A stretch of DNA of 53,194 nt. It comes from Octopus bimaculoides (Eukaryota). Position numbers and translations under genes: made by a program. The stretch covers positions 25,902,175-25,955,368 of the forward strand of contig NC_068985.1 of NCBI RefSeq assembly GCF_001194135.2, written 5' to 3'. Below are positions 50,401 to 53,194 of the stretch, one piece after another (the stretch's first letter is position 1; each line of letters begins with the position of its first letter). The notes beneath the pieces are model-generated. The model was not told the DNA's origin, did not search any database, and worked only from the letters and a program-made list of their open reading frames with translations.

Positions 50401-52701
50401 AGCCTTGTCACACTGTGTCACGCTGAATATCCCCGAGAACTACGTTGAGAGTACACGTGTCTGTGGAGTGCTCAGCCACTTGCACATTAATTTCATGAGC
50501 AGGCTGTTCTGTTGATCGGATCAACTGGAACCCTCGACGTCGTAAGCGACGGAGTGCCAACAACAGGTGTCATATCTATGGTTTCAGATTTGAACTGTAG
50601 TTTGCAATAACTGGGTTTTTTTATTTGTTCCTTTCCCCCCCCCCCTTTTTTTTATCCTCTCCTCGTAAGCTGACTATCTTCCAATTTCTATAGCATCAAA
50701 CAGTTACAATTCATATCATCCTTTAAGTATGATGATGGTCTGTTGTAAGCTTTCTTTGAAAGTCCTTTATATCACTAAACAATTATATCAAATGATTTAT
50801 GTTCACATTTGATTTCGGTAAATTTAAATTTGACTGAATATGGTTTCTTTTCTTTCTTTTTTTTTTCTTAATATTTTTCTATTGCTTTCTTGCTTTTAAT
50901 TATATGAATTGAATTTCTTTAATGCAGACTTTATAAATCAATCAATGAATATGATTCAGTTTTGGGCATTTTCAAAGATAACGTTGGTTGTCAAGAAGTT
51001 AGTAAGATGGCCATAGAAGCAGAAATTTGTGGTGATTACTCAGAGGCTATTAAACACTATGTTACGGTAATCATTTTAAATATAAATTATTGAATATTTT
51101 TTTCTTTTTGTTTAATATCCTTAGTAATGATCAAAAACACAAAAAAAAAACTTGCAATAGAAGAATTAACCTGGATAGTTGAAATTTATTCAGTATCTTA
51201 TTATGATAGTGATTATGCAGCAATATGTATACATGTGATTGGAAACTCTTCTTTTATCACCCTTCCTAAGTAAGTCAAACTATAGAAATTTTGTGTAACA
51301 GTAATTTCAAGACCAAAACTAAATCTTCTCAACATACCAAAAACCAGGATCTTTAGTCTAATAATCTCTCACAAGTGAACTTTTTCAACTATAACCTTTT
51401 CCTCATAATTTTCAACTACAACTTTTACCTTGTAATTTTAGTAATATATAGTTACTATCATTAAAATGAGAATATATGAAATAAAATATATTAAATGGCA
51501 GGGAGATTAAAAATTAGGTTTGTTTATTTTTATGCAATTTAATAGCTTTCCTTTACATGTTTTAGATTTGTCTGAAATCTATGCAGTCAAAATTCTCACA
51601 GATCATATCCTTAATTAAAGGTAATATTGAATATAAAGTCTCTGGTATGCAGTCAATGAGATTTTTTTGTGTGAGAAAGCCAGTTTTGTGCATACATATT
51701 GTGCTTCCAAAATCTCATTTCATCTGTTTACATAGACTTTTAGTTATAATATGGTAGGATGTGATTTAAGGGAAATTTGGCTGCTACATATTGGTTGCAC
51801 ACCTTTGTCATGTTTATAATATGTTTATAATTGCATTTTTAGATTTATGCTACTGGAATATAAACTTTTTTTCCTTTAGGTTGAGTTAATACAGAGAGCA
51901 GCTTTCAGGGCTGTACTAGGAAGGAATTTCAACCATGTTTCGTGGTCTGCTACCACAACAGCTCCTTTATAGGATCCAGTTAGCTCAAGACATCATCAGG
52001 AGGAACCACGTCCGGTTTCGGCCCCTATTCCTCTACCGTTTTGACGTGGCGGGGCCACCCCCTTTCGGAGGTGTCTTCAGCTCTGGTGTTGGGTGTGTGT
52101 CTTCTTTCACTGTTTGTGACTGTTCTAATTCAACTGTGGAATGTCCCTCGCTATGGTTATTTTCCAGGAGGTTCTGGCCACACGTCTTACGGTTCNNNNN
52201 NNNNNTCTAAACTTTAACTGACAATGGAGGGCACAAAGCCACTTCAGTGTCAGCCTGTCTCACCTAGGCATGTTATGACTTTCAAGCCATATTTGGTCTT
52301 CCCGCTTCAGCCATATATAGAAGCTGGCTTTTTCGACCGCCTCTTGTATCCTCCTTATCAGTTTTCTCAGTTCCGAGCTTGAAAACGCATATCTTCTCTT
52401 GAATAGCGCTGTCATTTTGCTTTCAATGAAGCCTCTAGCCCCCACTGCCAGATGGTAGTACTCGACAGTCCATCCCTGTTCTCTGCACATTTCTAATGTA
52501 CTGTGAAATGCTAACCTTTCAATGCACAAATACATTGCTTATTTTTTTTACCTTAATCATCATGTGTTGGCATGTGATATTCCAATTCTTACAAAAGCAA
52601 TATTTTTAATAAATATTCATATTTTCTGGGTTTTTATTTTTAAGGCTATTGAGTTGAGCACAAAGGATGAAATTTGTACTTGGCACCACTGTTATATACA
52701 G
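499..52701 (+). CDS. PRKDC: DNA-dependent protein kinase catalytic subunit, internal 32-exon portion (gene incomplete at both ends)
   Basis: Spliced translation matches recalled DNA-PKcs motifs in collinear order: [97 protein letters not shown]. All introns are GT-AG and all phases chain. Confidence 0.97.
1499..2268. other. Assembly gap (770 N)
   Basis: N run. Confidence 0.99.
2481..2533 (+). mobile_element. Very short 5'-truncated RTE tail
   Basis: TCCAACCCATGCTAGCATGGAAAGCGGACGTTAAAC(GAT)n, about 25 nt upstream of the 2558 acceptor. Confidence 0.8.
2558..2790 (+). CDS. PRKDC: DNA-PKcs exon (IREFMAVVF...KSLKWKQ)
   Basis: tgttgcacag| acceptor, |gtaagt donor; ends in phase 2, matching the next exon. 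Confidence 0.88.
3931..4066 (+). CDS. PRKDC: DNA-PKcs exon ([20 protein letters not shown]...LRLDSK)
   Basis: tctag|g and aag|gtaagc; matches human HWKKCDSWWAKDS...ILQIDS. Confidence 0.92.
4353..4570. mobile_element. TTAA-flanked MITE, piggyBac-type ends (family A)
   Basis: TTAACCTTTTAACATT ... AATGCTAAAGGGTTAA imperfect TIRs. Confidence 0.75.
4900..5140. mobile_element. TTAA-flanked MITE family A, opposite orientation to the 4353 copy
   Basis: TTAACTCTTTAGCATT ... AATGTTAAAGGGTTAA; interior is the reverse complement of 4353-4570. Confidence 0.75.
5201..5293 (+). CDS. PRKDC: DNA-PKcs exon (VLSNSENPT...VASSFK)
   Basis: tttttttcag| and aag|gtaaga; 93 nt, phase 0-0. Confidence 0.85.
5345..5580 (+). 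mobile_element. 3' half of tRNA-derived SINE family 1, ending in a 50-bp palindrome
   Basis: Homologous to 29200-29418. Confidence 0.7.
5661..6033 (-). mobile_element. tRNA-derived SINE family 1, full length
   Basis: Reverse complement of 29014-29418; tRNA-like head with GGTTCAGTCCC B-box. Confidence 0.85.
6200..6562 (+). mobile_element. Merlin (IS1595/ISXO2-like) DDE transposase relic
   Basis: Two frames join to [81 protein letters not shown]; one frameshift and a stop. Confidence 0.85.
6563..7672 (-). mobile_element. RTE-clade LINE 3' fragment: RT C-terminus, repetitive 3' UTR and (GAT)n tail
   Basis: ORF 7284-7658 [47 protein letters not shown] is typical of the RTE C-terminus. Confidence 0.9.
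7883..7947 (+). CDS. PRKDC: DNA-PKcs exon ([10 protein letters not shown]...SRLR)
   Basis: polyT-actag| and ag|gtatag; resembles human AVTLLPFF. Confidence 0.85.
8217..8440 (+). mobile_element. SINE family 3 (central TTTCATCCTTTCGGGGTCGATAAAATAAGTACC-type domain), degenerate
   Basis: Homologous copies at 10728-10905, 14650-14880, 30838-31065, 45722-45935(-), 48345-48460(-). Confidence 0.6.
8820..9009. mobile_element. Partial TTAA MITE family A
   Basis: Ends GAATGCTAAAGAGTTAA; interior matches 4900-5140. Confidence 0.65.
9045..9400 (+). mobile_element. SINE family 1, head-truncated
   Basis: GGTTCAGTCCCACTG..CTTGGGCAAGTGTCTTCTACTATAGC..GGTGCTCCAGCATG..GAAACAAGTAAAAG. Confidence 0.8.
10598..10679 (+). 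CDS. PRKDC: DNA-PKcs exon ([15 protein letters not shown]...LLDK)
   Basis: ttttcag|a and aag|gtttgt; phase 2 to 0 fits both neighbours. Confidence 0.82.
11077..11450 (-). mobile_element. tRNA(Arg)-like SINE family 2 with 11-bp TSD
   Basis: Reverse complement of 28014-28400; CAGTATTATAT at 11066-11076 and 11451-11461. Confidence 0.88.
12205..12332 (+). CDS. PRKDC: DNA-PKcs exon ([27 protein letters not shown]...)
   Basis: ttttcag| and ag|gtaaat; matches human [20 protein letters not shown]. Confidence 0.93.
12415..13340. mobile_element. Two older RTE 3' ends, tail to tail (12415-13120 +, 13150-13340 -)
   Basis: Both carry the ccaacc.atgc..gcatggaa..gttaaa.gatgat tail, in opposite orientations. 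Confidence 0.65.
13516..13723 (+). CDS. PRKDC: DNA-PKcs exon (ISLLDQKSY...EAEITQ)
   Basis: atttcag|g and caa|gtaagt; 208 nt open frame. Confidence 0.9.
13960..14537. mobile_element. SINE family 1 (13960-14305) directly followed by MITE family A (about 14310-14537)
   Basis: SINE body motifs; MITE ends AATACTAAAGGGTTAA. Confidence 0.7.
15186..15379 (+). CDS. PRKDC: DNA-PKcs exon ([24 protein letters not shown]...[10 protein letters not shown])
   Basis: tttcag| and ag|gtaaaa; matches human KILDVMYSR...GNELTK. Confidence 0.93.
15829..16012 (-). mobile_element. Young RTE tail copy spanning a 10-N gap
   Basis: Near-identical to 52947-53090. Confidence 0.85.
16278..16446 (+). CDS. PRKDC: DNA-PKcs exon ([13 protein letters not shown]...VHCAAYN...[15 protein letters not shown])
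   Basis: ttttcag|g and aaa|gtaaat; strong motif HCAAYN / LKFY..FLF. Confidence 0.96.
17356..17421 (+). CDS. PRKDC: DNA-PKcs exon ([22 protein letters not shown])
   Basis: tttttag| and gag|gtaaat; matches human ENLIDLKRRYNFPVEVE. Confidence 0.93.
17625..17940 (+). mobile_element. Degenerate SINE family 2 relative
   Basis: tRNA-like head plus CAGCCTTGTCACAC..GTGGAGTGCTC.GCCACTTGCAC tail. Confidence 0.65.
18308..18484 (+). CDS. PRKDC: DNA-PKcs exon, PQR region (MQPKKE...SSNVEHQ)
   Basis: ttaacag| and caa|gtaagt; aligns to human [23 protein letters not shown]. Confidence 0.9.
19567..19629 (+). CDS. PRKDC: DNA-PKcs exon ([21 protein letters not shown])
   Basis: tttttacag| and aaa|gtaata; 63 nt, phase 0-0; fills a low-complexity linker, little sequence similarity. 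Confidence 0.65.
21306..21419 (+). CDS. PRKDC: DNA-PKcs exon ([17 protein letters not shown]...)
   Basis: tactttcag| and gca|gtatgt; matches human LELEMDELNRHECM. Confidence 0.96.
21520..21800 (-). repeat. Unclassified interspersed repeat (GAGATTTGGCTGCTATTTCTAGCAGG family)
   Basis: Related fragments at 9590-9760, 25080-25280, 35630-35720, 45130-45250, 47350-47530 and 51750-51790. Confidence 0.55.
22170..23335. mobile_element. Cluster of three RTE 3' ends (22170-22470 +, 22735-22970 +, 23093-23335 -)
   Basis: AAAAGCACCCACTACACTC..GGAAGGGCATCCAGC..(GAT)n motif. Confidence 0.85.
23395..23499 (+). CDS. PRKDC: DNA-PKcs exon (EMPPWM...[16 protein letters not shown])
   Basis: ttttgtag| and gag|gtaagt; matches human LPSWM...LNIRLFLAKLVINTEE. 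Confidence 0.97.
23777..23912. repeat. Compound (CA)n/(TACA)n microsatellite
   Basis: Direct reading. Confidence 0.95.
24053..24196 (+). CDS. PRKDC: DNA-PKcs exon ([13 protein letters not shown]...[16 protein letters not shown]...)
   Basis: tatttcag| and cgt|gtaagt; matches human VFRPYAKHWLSPL...GIHYMVVEIVATILSW. Confidence 0.96.
26144..26295 (+). CDS. PRKDC: DNA-PKcs exon ([10 protein letters not shown]...IFRNNLKLL...IDIPYK)
   Basis: aatcag| and aa|gtaagt; matches human VFRHNLEII..LVECWK...IPY. Confidence 0.96.
26818..26949 (+). CDS. PRKDC: DNA-PKcs exon (LLYEMMTS...VQLLGVLL...)
   Basis: cttatag|g and ac|gtgagt; matches human GIQLLGIVM. Confidence 0.92.
27570..27860 (-). mobile_element. 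Degenerate SINE family 2 relative
   Basis: Reverse-complement similarity to 17625-17940. Confidence 0.6.
28014..28400 (+). mobile_element. tRNA(Arg)-like SINE family 2, full length
   Basis: A-box TGACCCAGTGGTTAG, B-box GTTTCGATTCCC, (AAC)n tail. Confidence 0.88.
28517..28747 (+). CDS. PRKDC: DNA-PKcs exon (YFDRLSEGL...[15 protein letters not shown]...PVAKR)
   Basis: ttttatag|a and ag|gtgagt; matches human VYAAAAEVLGLILRY. Confidence 0.96.
29014..29418 (+). mobile_element. tRNA-derived SINE family 1, full length with internal (TA/TG)n tract
   Basis: Head GGCTGTGTGGTAAG..GGTTCAGTCCC; high similarity to 5661-6033. Confidence 0.88.
29572..29880 (-). mobile_element. Older RTE 3' end
   Basis: CATCATTTAATGTCCATTTTCCATGCTGGCATGGGTTGGAC. 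Confidence 0.75.
30655..30835 (+). mobile_element. Older RTE 3' end
   Basis: Same tail ending GACGTTAAAC.ATGATGATG. Confidence 0.75.
31098..31247 (+). CDS. PRKDC: DNA-PKcs exon ([14 protein letters not shown]...ELKSKNF...HR)
   Basis: tttctag|a and ag|gtaagt; matches human LPKFHG...QLKSKDF...HR. Confidence 0.95.
31807..32388 (+). mobile_element. Candidate non-autonomous Helitron-like element
   Basis: A|TCTATATATA..TAAAACAGAGTTTGTGTG start and CTAG|T end; same 5' end as 42826. Confidence 0.5.
32914..32949 (+). ncRNA. Decayed minimal type I hammerhead-ribozyme motif (Penelope-like element type)
   Basis: TCTT CTGATGA A GGAG TAGT CTCC AAAA TG TT AAGA; two CpG-type changes from CTCC GAAA CG TT. 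Confidence 0.5.
33113..33286 (+). CDS. PRKDC: DNA-PKcs exon (NKNIRL...[17 protein letters not shown])
   Basis: polyT-aacag|a and gg|gtaagt; matches human CREQMYNILMWIHDNY. Confidence 0.96.
33800..34135 (-). mobile_element. RLE-type (R4/Dong-like) non-LTR retrotransposon endonuclease fragment
   Basis: [63 protein letters not shown]; resembles the PD..D.S.P restriction-like endonuclease region; frameshifted. Confidence 0.82.
34165..35092 (+). mobile_element. Candidate Helentron/HINE-like element, interrupted or two partial copies
   Basis: 5' ACTTCCGCCTT..AAGGCAGAGGT inverted pair; 3' CCTTGGCAAAGGT followed by a decayed GTGCTTTCTGAGTGC hairpin; T-rich flanks. Confidence 0.5.
35223..35570 (-). 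mobile_element. Second RLE-type (R4/Dong-like) LINE fragment
   Basis: [47 protein letters not shown]. Confidence 0.82.
36005..36305 (+). mobile_element. Mariner 5' relic: probable TIR plus N-terminal HTH
   Basis: TATTGGGTCATCCC.TAAATAA end; ATG at 36190 gives [36 protein letters not shown]. Confidence 0.75.
36763..36821 (+). ncRNA. Minimal type I hammerhead-ribozyme motif with mutated GAAA core
   Basis: ATCATA CTGATGA [stem II] AAAAA CGCG TC TATGAT; perfect 6-bp stem I, palindromic ACGCGT stem III, GUC cleavage triplet. Confidence 0.65.
37006..37095 (+). CDS. PRKDC: DNA-PKcs exon (EETSEESGQ...[13 protein letters not shown])
   Basis: cattttag|a and cg|gtaagt; matches human VLIQGLIDEN. Confidence 0.9.
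37235..37650 (+). mobile_element. SINE family 1 spanning a 10-N gap
   Basis: Head, body and tail motifs as at 29014. Confidence 0.82.
38485..38991. other. Assembly gap (507 N) inside a (TA)n tract
   Basis: N run flanked by (TA)n. Confidence 0.99.
39020..39185 (-). mobile_element. SINE family 1, 5' half
   Basis: Reverse complement of the head and central domain. Confidence 0.75.
39367..39577 (+). CDS. PRKDC: DNA-PKcs exon ([14 protein letters not shown]...[23 protein letters not shown])
   Basis: tgacag|a and aag|gtaatt; very strong match to human NFWSHETRLP...LLEMTSMSPDY..MFEHPLSECEF. Confidence 0.97.
39607..39921 (+). mobile_element. tRNA(Arg)-like SINE, family 2 head with an alternative 3' half, 14-bp TSD
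   Basis: TAAATATCAATATG at 39593-39606 and 39922-39935; T-rich tail. Confidence 0.88.
40016..40187 (+). CDS. PRKDC: DNA-PKcs exon, ABCDE region ([16 protein letters not shown]...[14 protein letters not shown])
   Basis: atatcag| and g|gtagtg; matches human W.FR..LTPMF...IRATQ...FTLTQ. Confidence 0.94.
40343..40571. mobile_element. TTAA-flanked MITE family B, piggyBac-type
   Basis: Perfect 16-bp inverted ends TTAACCCTTTCGTTAC / GTAACGAAAGGGTTAA. Confidence 0.88.
40871..41097. mobile_element. TTAA MITE family A
   Basis: TTAACCCTTTAGCATT ... AATGATAAAGGGTTAA. Confidence 0.82.
42567..42794 (+). CDS. PRKDC: DNA-PKcs exon ([11 protein letters not shown]...[10 protein letters not shown]...)
   Basis: gattag|at and g|gtaaat; matches human SFDWLTGSS and VGPDFGKKRL. 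Confidence 0.94.
42826..43127 (+). mobile_element. Candidate non-autonomous Helitron-like element
   Basis: A|TCTATATATATAAAACAGAGTTTGTGTG ... GGCCCAGCTAG|T. Confidence 0.55.
43155..43580 (+). mobile_element. SINE with family 1 head and RTE-derived 3' tail
   Basis: tRNA-like head and CTTGGGCAAGTGT domain, then CCAACCCATGCAGACATGGAAAATAGATGTTAAAAC. Confidence 0.7.
43620..44640. mobile_element. RTE 3' ends (43620-43850 -, 44270-44640 +) flanking a SINE family 3 fragment (44020-44175 -)
   Basis: Tail motifs as above. Confidence 0.72.
44790..44899 (+). CDS. PRKDC: DNA-PKcs exon, DEB-helix region ([27 protein letters not shown]...)
   Basis: ttcaag|aa and gtt|gtaagt; matches human LRRRFMRDQEKLSLMYAR; phase 1 to 0. 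Confidence 0.9.
45372..45503 (+). CDS. PRKDC: DNA-PKcs exon with YRPD motif (QHVHEQK...[28 protein letters not shown])
   Basis: ttacag| and ctg|gtatgt; matches human [21 protein letters not shown]. Confidence 0.97.
47117..47296 (+). CDS. PRKDC: DNA-PKcs exon ([18 protein letters not shown]...FPPFISCML)
   Basis: cattttag| and ttg|gtgagt; matches human RDPIIAKQLFSSLFSGI...FPPFVSC. Confidence 0.97.
47872..47962 (+). CDS. PRKDC: DNA-PKcs exon (NILYDMEKE...AKLQPL)
   Basis: ttttacag| and g|gtaaca; resembles human SLQQPVG. Confidence 0.88.
49327..49453 (+). CDS. PRKDC: DNA-PKcs exon (IIVLEEQII...AKRPR...[13 protein letters not shown])
   Basis: aaacag|ca and aa|gtaagt; matches human LLEE...AKRVR...PPDVLRWVELAK. 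Confidence 0.95.
50180..50565 (+). mobile_element. tRNA(Arg)-like SINE family 2, full length
   Basis: Highly similar to 28014-28400. Confidence 0.88.
50928..51066 (+). CDS. PRKDC: DNA-PKcs exon ([15 protein letters not shown]...[14 protein letters not shown])
   Basis: aatgcag|a and acg|gtaatc; matches human LYRSIGEYDVLRGIF...AEARSDYSEAAKQY. Confidence 0.96.
51880..52520 (-). mobile_element. RLE-type (HERO/NeSL-like) LINE C-terminus plus probable 3' UTR
   Basis: [38 protein letters not shown] resembles the C.E.GW....VEVG.RGF..A.E.AS.W.W.RR end of this clade; GC-richer segment follows a 10-N gap. Confidence 0.72.
52645..52701 (+). CDS. PRKDC: DNA-PKcs exon ([19 protein letters not shown])
   Basis: atttttaag| and cag|gtgagt; 57 nt, phase 0-0; position fits human AL...TEAEKDFWELASLD. 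Confidence 0.78.
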
Positions 52702-52946
52702 GTGAGTTTCAAATTTAACCCTTTTGATAGCAATCAACCTGAGACTGCCTTAGGTTCTGTTGTACAAAACTTCCTGTTTTAAATTGATTTAATCAAAACC
52801 ATTTATTAAATTTCACGTTAATTTCCATGGCAGTTTTTGCCTATCTTGTACATCTCACAAGATACAAGCTCCTTGCCTGTCCTATTTATCACATGTGATA
52901 CACCAGACATATTTCCATGTATCATATGTATAATACACATTCCAAT

Positions 52947-53194
52947 TCATCATCATCATCATCATCGTTTAACGTCCGCTTTCCATGCTAGCATGGGTTG
53001 GACGATTTGACTGAGGACTGGTGAAACCGGATGGCAACACCAGGCTCCAGTCTGATTTGGCAGAGTTTCTACAGCTGGATGCCCTTCCTAACGCCAACCA
53101 CTCAGAGAGTGTAGTGGGTGCTTTTACGTGTCACCCGCACGAAAACGGCCACGCTCGAAATGGTGTCTTTTATGTGCCACCCGCACAAGCCAGT
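52947..53194 (-). mobile_element. 3' end of the young RTE-clade LINE
   Basis: Reverse complement of 1-249 with one visible mismatch. Confidence 0.88.

Noticed and set aside
51880-52210. Extra PRKDC exon or + strand ORF 51935-52210 after a good-looking acceptor (tttcctttag)
   Set aside because: Antisense to the LINE fragment region, with no DNA-PKcs similarity. Exons 51066 and 52645 already join in phase.
499-52701. Minor (U12) or non-canonical introns
   Set aside because: All inferred introns are GT-AG and none has the GTATCCTT donor.
1-53194. A giant 53-kb transposon with 250-bp TIRs capturing PRKDC exons
   Set aside because: The apparent TIRs are ordinary RTE 3' ends found about 20 times in the window. 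The gene is intact and continues beyond both ends.

Overview
AT-rich animal genomic DNA. The SINE and LINE families point to an octopod cephalopod (probably Octopus); this is an inference. The window holds an internal part of one + strand gene, the DNA-PK catalytic subunit (PRKDC/DNA-PKcs). I reconstructed 32 GT-AG exons from 499 to 52701 (about 4.5 kb, about 1500 aa). Their reading phases chain without a stop codon. By recall of the human protein they cover roughly residues 1450-3000: the M-HEAT cradle, PQR and ABCDE regions, DEB helix, YRPD motif and start of the FAT domain. Both gene ends lie outside the window, and one exon is probably hidden in the 1499-2268 gap. The introns are dense with mobile-element relics: RTE-LINE 3' ends, several tRNA-derived SINE families, TTAA/piggyBac-type MITEs, Merlin and mariner transposase fragments, RLE-type LINE fragments, and Helitron/Helentron-like elements. 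The best leads are two decayed minimal hammerhead-ribozyme motifs on the pre-mRNA strand, a ~300-bp fold-back, a 50-bp zero-spacer palindrome, and loss of most canonical S/T-Q autophosphorylation sites in DNA-PKcs. I found no convincing wholly new multi-gene system. All homology calls come from recognising motifs by eye, not from database searches.
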